From: Gemmatimonadota bacterium
GTDB taxonomy: Bacteria > Gemmatimonadota > Gemmatimonadetes > Palauibacterales > Palauibacteraceae
Reading direction: 5' to 3'
Length of the DNA: 64,000 bases
Assembly (NCBI GenBank): GCA_965116475.1
Contig: OZ220691.1
Span: 3,556,670 to 3,620,669, forward strand
Position 1 is the stretch's first letter. Each line of letters starts with the position of its first letter. The position numbers and the translations under genes were made by a program. The notes beneath the pieces are model-generated. The model was not told the DNA's origin, ran no database searches, and saw only the letters and a program-made list of their open reading frames with translations. Positions 7,695 through 15,808 of the stretch are shown piece by piece.

Positions 7695-9103
7695 CCGGGG
7701 CCCCGCTGGCCGCGGAAGCTGTCGCGAACCGGAGCCCCGCCGTGCCCGGTCCACTCTGGGACGGCGCCCCCGCCGCCGCCTCTCCGCGGGCCGAACCCGA
7801 TGTCGCCATCCCGCACGTCGTCGCCTGGAACCTGACGCGCCGCTGCAACCTCGCCTGCGCCCATTGCTACATCTCCGCCGGGTCGTGGCACGCGGCCGCG
7901 GAGGAACTCGATACCGCGGCCTGCTTCCGCGTCATCGATCAGATCCTCGAAACGAGCCCGTCGCCGCTCCTCATCCTCAGCGGGGGGGAGCCCCTCGTGC
8001 GCTCCGACCTCGAGGAGATCGCGGCCTACGCCTCGGGGCGCGGCGCCACGGTGACGGTGGGCACGAACGGCACCGGGCTCACCGATGAACGCATCGCGTC
8101 GCTGAAGGCGGCCGGCGTCCAGGGCGTCGCCCTCAGCGTCGACTCCCTCGATCCGCGCTATCACGACCGCTTCCGGCACGGGGAGGGCGCGCTCGAAGAC
8201 ACGCTCGCCGCGGTCGACCGGCTGGCCGAGCACCGCCTCGACTTCCTCATCCAGTTCACGGTCACGCGCGGGAACCGGGATGAACTCGACGCCATGGCCG
8301 CCTGGGCGGATGCGAAGGGCGCCGTCTGTCTCAACGTCTACTTCCTCGTCGAGACGGGGCGGGGCGAGGGGATGCGCGGCCTCGCCCCCGCGGAGAACGA
8401 CGAACTCGTGGCCCGGCTGGCCGAACTCCAGCGCGACTACCGCGGGCGGCTCATGATCCGCTCCAAGTGCCAGCCCCAACTCATGCGACACGTGTACGAG
8501 CGTGATCCCGACTCTCCGCTCCTGAACTACCGCACGCGCTGCCCCTGCGGCGTCCAGTACTGCCGCATCACGCCCGAGGGCAAGGTGACGCCGTGCCCGT
8601 ACATGCCGGAGGTGGCCGGCGACCTCTCCGACGCCTCCTTCGGCGAGATCTGGCGCGAGGCGACCGTCTTCCGCCTGCTGCGCGACGGCGAACCGGGCGG
8701 GAAGTGCGGGCGCTGCGAGTACCGCGCGCTGTGCGGCGGGTGCCGCGCCCGCGCCTACGCGGTGGACGGAGACCTGCTCGGTCCCGATCCTTCCTGCGCC
8801 TACGAGCCGGCGCCCGGCGTCGCGGATGCGATCGAGCCCAGCCGGCCCGTCACGTACGGCTCGGCGGCCGAACAGGAGCTTCCGTGGAGCCCGGAGGCCG
8901 ATGCCCGGCTCAACGCCATTCCCAGCTTCGTGCGCGGCGTGGTCGCACAGCGGGTGGAGAAGTTCGCGCGCGCGCGCGGCCATGCCCAGGTGACGCTCGA
9001 CACGATGACCGAGGTCCGCCGCGCCATGCCGGTGGACTTTTCGAAACGGATGCCCTTCTTCGCCCGGAGTCGGCGGAGCGCGGGACGGGGGGATAAGCGA
9101 TGA
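7691..9103 (+). CDS. Radical SAM/SPASM protein, AhbD/AhbC/NirJ-like, with a C-terminal PCP_red-like domain
   Basis: WNLTRRCNLACAHC, LSGGEPL, GTNG; SPASM Cys set CPCG, TPCPY, KCGRCEYRALCGGCRARA, DPSC. Confidence 0.88.
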   Translation: MTGAPLAAEAVANRSPAVPGPLWDGAPAAASPRAEPDVAIPHVVAWNLTRRCNLACAHCYISAGSWHAAAEELDTAACFRVIDQILETSPSPLLILSGGEPLVRSDLEEIAAYASGRGATVTVGTNGTGLTDERIASLKAAGVQGVALSVDSLDPRYHDRFRHGEGALEDTLAAVDRLAEHRLDFLIQFTVTRGNRDELDAMAAWADAKGAVCLNVYFLVETGRGEGMRGLAPAENDELVARLAELQRDYRGRLMIRSKCQPQLMRHVYERDPDSPLLNYRTRCPCGVQYCRITPEGKVTPCPYMPEVAGDLSDASFGEIWREATVFRLLRDGEPGGKCGRCEYRALCGGCRARAYAVDGDLLGPDPSCAYEPAPGVADAIEPSRPVTYGSAAEQELPWSPEADARLNAIPSFVRGVVAQRVEKFARARGHAQVTLDTMTEVRRAMPVDFSKRMPFFARSRRSAGRGDKR

Positions 9104-10872
9104 AGCGCTGGTTGACCCGTGGCGTCGCCACCCGCGGCGTGCTGCTCGCCGCCCTCGCACTGGCGGTCGCCCTCCCGCTCCTCGCGCAGGTGCCGGGGCC
9201 CGACTACGGCGAGTTCAACTTCCTCGGGCTCGACCGCCGCGGCGCGGTCTGGATCGCGGCCCAGCTCCACCTGCTGTTCGCGGCCTTCGTGCTCGGCGTG
9301 CCGATGTTCGCGGTCGTCATCGAGGCGATCGGGATGTTCGGCGGGGATGAGAAGTACGACAAGCTCGCCAAGGAATTCACCCGCCTCCTGCTCGTGGCCT
9401 ACAGCGCGACCGCGATCTGGGGCGCGATCCTCGTCTTCTTCCTCTCGACGCTCTACCCCCGCTTCTGGGCCTACCTGACGGCGATCTTCGCGCCGTCGAT
9501 GTGGGTGTACGCGGGCCTCTTCTTCCTCGAATCGTTCACGCTCTACCTCTACTACTACGGGTGGGACGCGTGGAAGAAGGGCGCGGCGAAGAAGGCCCAC
9601 TGGTGCCTGGGGATCATGCTCAACGTCTGGGGCACGATCGTCATGTTCATCGCGAACGGGTGGCTCACCTACATGATGAGCCCGCCCGAGGGACTCACGG
9701 CCGACACGGCCCCGCAGACCGTCCAGCTGTGGAGCGCGATCAACAACGCGACCTGGATGCCGATCAACATCCATCGGCTGTTGGCGAACGTGGTGTTCGG
9801 CGGCGCGGTGGTCGGCGCCTACGCGGCGTACCGCTTCCTCACGAGCAAGACCGACGAGGAGCGCGCGCACTACGACTGGATGGGCTACACCGGCAACCTG
9901 ATCGCGATCGGCGCGCTCATCGTCCTCCCCTTCGCCGGCTACTGGCTCGGGCGGGAGATCTACGAGTTCAGCCAGCAGATGGGCATCACGATGATGGGCG
10001 GCTTCATGAGCTGGCTCTGGATCATCCAGGCCTTCCTCATCGGCATCCTCTTCCTCGCGGGCAACTACTACCTGTGGATCGGCATGGGACGGATCCCCGG
10101 GGCGGAACGGTTCCAGCCCTACATCAAGTGGATGCTGCTCGTGCTGGTCCTCGGGGTCATCGTGTGGGCCACGCCGAACACGATGATCGCGGATCGCGAT
10201 GAGATCGCGGCCATGGGAGGGATCCGGCACCCGTTCCTGCAGGTGCTCGGGGTGATGAGCGCGAAGAACACGGCCGTCAACCTCATGATCCTGACGACGT
10301 TCCTCTCCTTCCTCATGTACCGGAGGGCGAACAAGGATCCCGTGGTGCCGTGGGCCCGCGCGGGGACGATGCTGCAGGGCGCGGCCTTCGCGCTGTGCGC
10401 CGTCATCGTCGTGTTCTACGGCGTGTACGGCTACTTCGTGACCGCGATCGTGCGGATCGGCTTCTCCGTCTACCAGGTGCTCGCGGTTCTGGCGACGATC
10501 CTGTTCGTCATCGGGATCGACATGGCGATGCTGCGGGGCGCCAGATCCCGGGGCGAGATCCGGTGGGGGCGGATGCCGGACCGGTCGCAGTACGCGCTGC
10601 TCATCCTCGCCGTCACGTTTACGTGGCTCATGGGGCTGATGGGCTTCGCGCGCAGCGGGATCCGGCAGCACTGGCACGTCTACGAAGTGATCCGTGACAC
10701 GAGCGAGCAGGCGTTCACGCCGGCGCTCGGGCCCGCGGCGACGATCATCAGCATCTGCGTGCTCATCTTCTTCGCGCTCGTCGGCCTCATATTCTGGCTC
10801 GGCGGCCTGGCCGAACGCTCCGTCTACCAGGAAGCCGAGGCGAAGGTGAAGGCCGGGCAGGAGGGGCGATGA
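9100..10872 (+). CDS. Cytochrome bd subunit I (CydA)-like membrane protein, non-canonical
   Basis: QLHLLFAAFVLG, FFLES..LY.YYYGW, ANGWLTYMMSP, NIHRLLA, GIRQHWHVY (GRQPW equivalent). Many TM helices. Confidence 0.85.
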   Translation: MKRWLTRGVATRGVLLAALALAVALPLLAQVPGPDYGEFNFLGLDRRGAVWIAAQLHLLFAAFVLGVPMFAVVIEAIGMFGGDEKYDKLAKEFTRLLLVAYSATAIWGAILVFFLSTLYPRFWAYLTAIFAPSMWVYAGLFFLESFTLYLYYYGWDAWKKGAAKKAHWCLGIMLNVWGTIVMFIANGWLTYMMSPPEGLTADTAPQTVQLWSAINNATWMPINIHRLLANVVFGGAVVGAYAAYRFLTSKTDEERAHYDWMGYTGNLIAIGALIVLPFAGYWLGREIYEFSQQMGITMMGGFMSWLWIIQAFLIGILFLAGNYYLWIGMGRIPGAERFQPYIKWMLLVLVLGVIVWATPNTMIADRDEIAAMGGIRHPFLQVLGVMSAKNTAVNLMILTTFLSFLMYRRANKDPVVPWARAGTMLQGAAFALCAVIVVFYGVYGYFVTAIVRIGFSVYQVLAVLATILFVIGIDMAMLRGARSRGEIRWGRMPDRSQYALLILAVTFTWLMGLMGFARSGIRQHWHVYEVIRDTSEQAFTPALGPAATIISICVLIFFALVGLIFWLGGLAERSVYQEAEAKVKAGQEGR

Positions 10873-11705
10873 CGAACCTGAAGATCCTGTTCACGGTCGT
10901 GGCGACGCTGGCGGTGTTCACCTTCGTGGCGAACGTGATCCCGCAGGTGCAGTCGGCGGTCCCCCGGGAGATCGTGCTCAGCGCGGACATGCCGCCGGAG
11001 GAGCTGGCGGCGATCGGCGAGGAGATCTACGCGGGGGCGGGCGGCTGCACGGCGTGCCACGGCCTCGGCACGCGCGCGCCGGACCTCCTCGGCGTGGTGG
11101 GCGGCGTGTGCGCGACGCGCGTCCCCGGGCAGAACTGCAAGGACTATCTGTGGGAGTCTCTGGTCAACCCGACGGCCTACATCGTGGAGGGCTTCGACCC
11201 CATCATGATCGACCAGAGCATCGTTTCGTCGCAGGCCGAGTTGTGGACGCTCGTCGCCTTCCTGCAATCGCAGGGCGGCGAGATCACGGTGAACGCGGAC
11301 GACTTCGCCGCGGCGCTGGCGGCCGACGACGCGGCCGCGTCCGCTCCGCCGCCTCCCGTCGTGACCGACCCGAACCAGGTCGACGCGGTCGCGCTGATCA
11401 CGGCACAGGGCTGCCTCGCCTGCCACGCGCTCGGCGGGGAGGGCGGCATGGTCGCGCCCCCCTTCGAGGAGTTGCGGGGACAGGATCCCGCCTTCGTCCG
11501 CGAGGGGATCGTGGATCCGATGGCGACGATCAACGAGGAATACTCGACCTTTGCCGGGACGATGCCGACGATCTTCGGCGATCTCATGTCTCCGGTCGAA
11601 CTCGATGTGCTGGTGGACTTCTTCGTGGGCGGCTCGGGAGCCGGGGAGGAGGCTCCCGGCGACGCGGCGGAAGTCCCGCCCGACAGCGCGGGAGGTAGCC
11701 GATGA
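10869..11705 (+). CDS. Membrane-anchored diheme cytochrome c
   Basis: N-terminal TM; CTACH and CLACH motifs with downstream Met candidates. Confidence 0.9.
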   Translation: MTNLKILFTVVATLAVFTFVANVIPQVQSAVPREIVLSADMPPEELAAIGEEIYAGAGGCTACHGLGTRAPDLLGVVGGVCATRVPGQNCKDYLWESLVNPTAYIVEGFDPIMIDQSIVSSQAELWTLVAFLQSQGGEITVNADDFAAALAADDAAASAPPPPVVTDPNQVDAVALITAQGCLACHALGGEGGMVAPPFEELRGQDPAFVREGIVDPMATINEEYSTFAGTMPTIFGDLMSPVELDVLVDFFVGGSGAGEEAPGDAAEVPPDSAGGSR

Positions 11706-12499
11706 AGCGTTACCTGTCCCATCCGTTCTGGCAGGGCGCGATCGTCATCGTCGTGTCCTACATAGCGTTCGAGTGGGTGATCGGCTACGTGCTCCCGGTG
11801 ATCGGCGTGGCGAGCGCTCCCGTGCCGAGTTCGGTCATCCTCCAGTACATGCTCACCGTCCTGGTGGGCATCGTCCTCTACATGAGCGCGGACGAGGCGC
11901 GCTGGAAGCGCTTCAAGAAGCCGATCCACGAGACGATGGTGCAGCCGGACCGCCGGACCGTGCGGGGCATCCTCATGGTGGCGATCCCGGCGATCATCGG
12001 CTGGCTCGCCTACGAGCGGGTGAAACCCAGCTACGCCGCGCCGGCCACGTTGCGCGCCGTCCACCCCGCGCCGCCGAACCAGCTCACCTTCCGCGGCGAG
12101 ACGATCGAACTCACGGGGCTCGAGAACCCGCTGCACGAGGAAGGCTCCCTGGAGGAGCACCTGGCGGTCGGGAAGCGGATCTACGTGCGCAACTGCGTGC
12201 CCTGCCACGGCGACCTGCTCGACGGACAGGGCCACTACGCGCCGGCCTTCAACCCGGTGCCCGCCGACTTCACGAGTTCGGGCAACCTGCCCCAGCTCAC
12301 GGAGAGCTACGTGTTCTGGCGCATCGTCAAGGGCGGCCCCGGCCTCCCGCGCGAGGGCACGCCGTGGGATTCGGCCATGCCGGCGTGGGAGACGATCCTC
12401 GAGCAGGACGAAATCTGGGCGACGATCCTCTATCTCTACGACCAGACGGGGTTCACGCCGCGCACCTGGGAGGAAGAAGGGGAAGGGGGGCACGAATGA
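11702..12499 (+). CDS. Membrane-bound monoheme cytochrome c (about 3 N-terminal TM segments)
   Basis: CVPCH motif, SAMPAW distal Met. Confidence 0.9.
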   Translation: MKRYLSHPFWQGAIVIVVSYIAFEWVIGYVLPVIGVASAPVPSSVILQYMLTVLVGIVLYMSADEARWKRFKKPIHETMVQPDRRTVRGILMVAIPAIIGWLAYERVKPSYAAPATLRAVHPAPPNQLTFRGETIELTGLENPLHEEGSLEEHLAVGKRIYVRNCVPCHGDLLDGQGHYAPAFNPVPADFTSSGNLPQLTESYVFWRIVKGGPGLPREGTPWDSAMPAWETILEQDEIWATILYLYDQTGFTPRTWEEEGEGGHE

Positions 12500-14076
12500 G
12501 CGCGCCCCGGCGCCGGGCCCGCGGGATGTTCGCGCTTGGCGGACTCGTCGTCATCGCCGCCGCCGCCGCGCCCCCGCTATCGGGACAGGAAGACGCGGCC
12601 GCCGCGGGCAAGGTCGTGTACGACCGCTGGTGCGCGGAGTGTCACGGCGAAACCGGGCAGGGAGATGGCTCCGCCGCCGCCTCGATGCTGCCCCGGCCCC
12701 GGGACTTCACGCAGGCGCTCTACCAGATCCGGACGACCGGCAGCGGACAGCTCCCGACGGACGCGGACATCCGGTTCGCGATCGAGAACGGGCTCCCCGG
12801 GACGACGATGCCGGGCTGGCCCAATCTCACGGACCAGGAGATCGACGACCTCATCGTCTATCTGAAGAGCTTTTCGCGGTTCTTCGGCCAGGGTCCGGCC
12901 CCCGAACCGCTCGACTTCGGGTCCGATCCCGGCGGCGGTCCCGCGGCGATCGAGGCGGGGGCGGCCGCCTACCTCACGATGCTGTGCGAGGAGTGCCACG
13001 GCCTGTCCGGGCGGGGAGACGGGACCTCGGCGCCGACGCTGGAGGATTGGCGGGGCCTCCCCATTCGCGCGGCCGACCTCACGGAGGCGTGGGTGCTCAA
13101 CGGCGGCAGCAGCGTCGAGGACATGCACACCCGGATGTTGACCGGACTGGACGGCACGCCGATGCCGTCGGCGATCGACGCCATGAACTCGGGCGTCGTC
13201 TCGCCCGATGAAGTCTGGCAGTTGGCGCACTATCTCGCCTCCCTCGGGCCGCGCGAGATACCGCCGCTGCGCGAGGTGATCCGCGTGGGCCGCGCCGAAG
13301 GCGGGCTCCCCGCCGACGGCGGAGAGGAGGCGTGGGCGGGCGTCGAGGCCTTCTACTTCCCGATGTCGGGCCAGGTCGTCCAGGTGCCCCGCAACTTCGC
13401 GCCGACGGTCGACGGGCTCTGGGTGCAGGGGCTGCACGACGGGAACGACATGGCGCTGCGCGTCCAGTGGAACGACCCATCGAACAGCCCGGACCCGAAC
13501 TGGGACGAGTGGCAGGACAAGATCACGACCGCGCTCGACCTCGATGGCGCGGAACCGATCGCCCTCGACAGCGCCGGCGCACCGACCGTGCGACCCCCGG
13601 ATGCGGTGCTCCTCCAGTTCCCCTTCGAGCTGCCGGAGGGCACCGACCGGCCGTACTTCCTGATGGGGGACGCCCGCGAACCGGTCTACGTCTGGACGTG
13701 GGATTCGGAGACCGGTCTCGGCGCGGGCCGCGGCCGCGGCCTGGACTCCGTCGAACCGCTCGCGGAGGACCCGGTAACGGGGGAAGCGACGTGGGAGGAG
13801 GGGCGCTGGACGCTCTATCTGCGCCGTCCGATCGAGCTCGAAAGCGACGGTCTCGACTTCGTCGAGGGCACGCCGACGCCCATCGCTTTCCAGGCGTGGG
13901 ACGGGTCCAGCGCCGAGGTCGGGAAGCGCAGCTCCGTGAGCACGTGGTACTACATTCTTCTCGAACCTCCGGCATCCAGCACGGTCGTCGTTACGCCCCT
14001 GCTGGCCATGCTCTTGACGGGGGCCTTCGGTCTCGTTCTCGTGCGCCGGGCCCAGGACCGCCGGAGGGATGGCTAA
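12496..14076 (+). CDS. Diheme cytochrome c fused to a DOMON/ethylbenzene-dehydrogenase-gamma-like heme b domain, C-terminal TM anchor
   Basis: Signal peptide; CAECH and CEECH; PRPRDFT, GTTMPGW, GTPMP; C-terminal domain LRVQWND...LQFP...YFLMGD...AFQAWDG..E.GKRS.STW. ATGA overlap at the start. Confidence 0.85.
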   Translation: MSAPRRRARGMFALGGLVVIAAAAAPPLSGQEDAAAAGKVVYDRWCAECHGETGQGDGSAAASMLPRPRDFTQALYQIRTTGSGQLPTDADIRFAIENGLPGTTMPGWPNLTDQEIDDLIVYLKSFSRFFGQGPAPEPLDFGSDPGGGPAAIEAGAAAYLTMLCEECHGLSGRGDGTSAPTLEDWRGLPIRAADLTEAWVLNGGSSVEDMHTRMLTGLDGTPMPSAIDAMNSGVVSPDEVWQLAHYLASLGPREIPPLREVIRVGRAEGGLPADGGEEAWAGVEAFYFPMSGQVVQVPRNFAPTVDGLWVQGLHDGNDMALRVQWNDPSNSPDPNWDEWQDKITTALDLDGAEPIALDSAGAPTVRPPDAVLLQFPFELPEGTDRPYFLMGDAREPVYVWTWDSETGLGAGRGRGLDSVEPLAEDPVTGEATWEEGRWTLYLRRPIELESDGLDFVEGTPTPIAFQAWDGSSAEVGKRSSVSTWYYILLEPPASSTVVVTPLLAMLLTGAFGLVLVRRAQDRRRDG

Positions 14077-14106
14077 AGCAACGGTGAAGCAACGGTGAAG
14101 CAACGG
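14076..14106 (+). repeat. 11-bp direct repeat AAGCAACGGTG, about 2.8 copies
   Basis: Units at 14076, 14087 and 14098. Confidence 0.9.
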
Positions 14107-14160
14107 GTAAGGGCTCTCAACAGCCGATAGCGCAACAGCTTCTTGTACGGAGGTAAGTCA

Positions 14161-15021
14161 ATGCGATCGCATTTCTGGAACCGCTCGGCCGCCCTGCTGG
14201 CCGTCGCGGCGATGGCCGCCTGTGGCGGCGGCGGCGGATCGTCCGAAGGTGCCGCGGACGACGCGGGCGAGGCGGCCCCGGCCGCGGCGGCGGTGGATCC
14301 GTCCACGGTGGGGACGATCTCGGGCATGGCCAACTTCGGAGGGATGGTCCCGACGATGGAGGCCATCGACATGTCGGCCGAGGCGGATTGCGCCGCCGGC
14401 TACGGCGCGGACGGGCCCATGGCCCAGAGCGTCCTCGTGTCCGAAGGCGGCCTCGCCAACGTGTTCGTCTACCTGAGCGAAGGCGTCTCCGGCGCGCCGG
14501 CCGCGTCCGGCGCCGCGGCGCTCGACCAGGTGAACTGCCGCTACACGCCGCACGTGCTCGGCGTGCAGAGCGGTCAGGACATCGAGATCTCGAACAGCGA
14601 CAATCTGCTCCACAACATCAACGCCACGCCGACCGAGAACCGCGGCTTCAACATCAGCCAGCCGCGGGCGGGGATCACGAGCACGCAGCGCTTCCAGGTG
14701 GCGGAGGTGATGGTGCCGGTGCGCTGCGACGTGCACGGCTGGATGCAGGCGTACATCGGTGTCGTCGACCACCCGTACTTCGCGGTGACGGGCGCCGACG
14801 GGAGGTTCTCGATCGCCGACGTTCCCGCCGGTGACTACACGCTGACGGCGTGGCACGAGGAGTTCGGCACGATGACGACGAACGTGACCGTCATGGCGGG
14901 CGAGATGGCCGTGGCCACCTTCGACTACAACGCCGAGATGATGGGCGCCGATGTCCCGCTGGGCGAGGCGCTCGTCCTCGGGCACGGTACGAACCGCATC
15001 CGGGTGGAGCGCACCCAGTAA
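14161..15021 (+). CDS. Lipoprotein with a cupredoxin-like and a carboxypeptidase-regulatory-like domain
   Basis: GGAGGT RBS; lipobox-like MAAC; DQVNCRYTPHV, LHNIN, CDVHGWM, HPYFAVT. Confidence 0.8.
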   Translation: MRSHFWNRSAALLAVAAMAACGGGGGSSEGAADDAGEAAPAAAAVDPSTVGTISGMANFGGMVPTMEAIDMSAEADCAAGYGADGPMAQSVLVSEGGLANVFVYLSEGVSGAPAASGAAALDQVNCRYTPHVLGVQSGQDIEISNSDNLLHNINATPTENRGFNISQPRAGITSTQRFQVAEVMVPVRCDVHGWMQAYIGVVDHPYFAVTGADGRFSIADVPAGDYTLTAWHEEFGTMTTNVTVMAGEMAVATFDYNAEMMGADVPLGEALVLGHGTNRIRVERTQ

Positions 15022-15027
15022 CTCCGG

Positions 15028-15068
15028 GGGCGGGACCCGGCGGCCCGAACGGCCGTCCGGTCCCGCTC
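15028..15068 (+). other. GC-rich intergenic stem-loop upstream of coxB
   Basis: GGGCGGGACC..CGGCC / GGCCG..GGTCCCGCTC inverted repeat with no U-tract. Confidence 0.5.
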
Positions 15069-15121
15069 GCGTTGCCGTTCATCCGAAGGGCTCATCTGGC
15101 TCATCTGGAAGGAGATCGCTC

Positions 15122-15793
15122 GTGGATTGGGCGCTGCCCCCGAACTATTCGACATTCGGCGTCGTGATCGACCAGCTGTTCTGGATCATCCTCGTCATCA
15201 CCGGCATCGCGTTCCTCCTCGTGGAGGGCGGGATCGTCTGGTTCTGCGTCAAGTACCGGGGACGCGAAGGGGCGAGAGCGCACTACACGCACGGATCGAA
15301 CCGGCTGGAGATCATCTGGACGGTGATCCCCGCGATCATCATCGCGATCCTCGGCGCCTATTCGGCGGTCGTGTGGAACGACATCAAGGGAAGCTCCAAC
15401 CGTCCTGCCGACGCCCTCGAATTCCTCGTCGTCGGCAAGCAGTTCGAGTGGAACATCACCTACCCCGGAGTCGATGAGACGCTGGGGACGGGCGACGACT
15501 TCACGGTCCGCAACCAGTTCCATTTCCCGGTGAACGAGGACATCACGATCCTGCTCGAGTCCGAGGACGTGATCCACTCCTTCTTCATCCCCGAACTCCG
15601 CGTGAAGCAGGACGCGGTGCCGGGCATGACCATCCCGGTGTGGTTCGACGCGACCCAGACCGGGAACTTCGAGATCGCGTGCGCCGAGCTTTGTGGCCTG
15701 GGCCACTACTACATGATGGCGAGCGTGACCGTGCACAGCGCGGCGGACTTCGACGCCTGGCAGGCCAGCCAGGCGCCGGCCGCCGCCCAGTGA
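15122..15793 (+). CDS. coxB: Cytochrome c oxidase subunit II (CuA)
   Basis: AAGGAG RBS and GTG start; LEIIWT, QFEW, DVIHSF, CAELCGLGHYYM. Confidence 0.95.
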   Translation: MDWALPPNYSTFGVVIDQLFWIILVITGIAFLLVEGGIVWFCVKYRGREGARAHYTHGSNRLEIIWTVIPAIIIAILGAYSAVVWNDIKGSSNRPADALEFLVVGKQFEWNITYPGVDETLGTGDDFTVRNQFHFPVNEDITILLESEDVIHSFFIPELRVKQDAVPGMTIPVWFDATQTGNFEIACAELCGLGHYYMMASVTVHSAADFDAWQASQAPAAAQ

Positions 15794-15808
15794 TCGAGAA
15801 AGGCTGAT

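Noticed and set aside
5079..7754. Very long antisense ORFs (891 aa here; also 6722-9160, 21404-24913, 38531-40732, 47007-49541)
   Set aside because: They are shadows of real genes in high-GC DNA with strong codon bias; the translations have no recognisable motifs.
2758..9103. PCP_red-like domains as evidence of (bacterio)chlorophyll synthesis
   Set aside because: Only the small C-terminal domain is present; no bchLNB catalytic domains or other photosynthesis genes are in the window.
11551..12495. N-terminal extension of the 841-aa ORF (similar extensions at 4127, 20035, 26033, 43208 and 57498)
   Set aside because: These overlap authentic upstream genes in another frame; the real starts lie at stop/start overlaps.
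12496..14076. Calling the cluster nitrite oxidoreductase or ethylbenzene dehydrogenase
   Set aside because: No molybdopterin alpha subunit or Fe-S beta subunit is present in the window.
14076..14106. Short repeat tracts as CRISPR arrays (also 19743, 21361, 40598)
   Set aside because: The units are 11-16 bp and directly adjacent, with no spacers and no cas genes.
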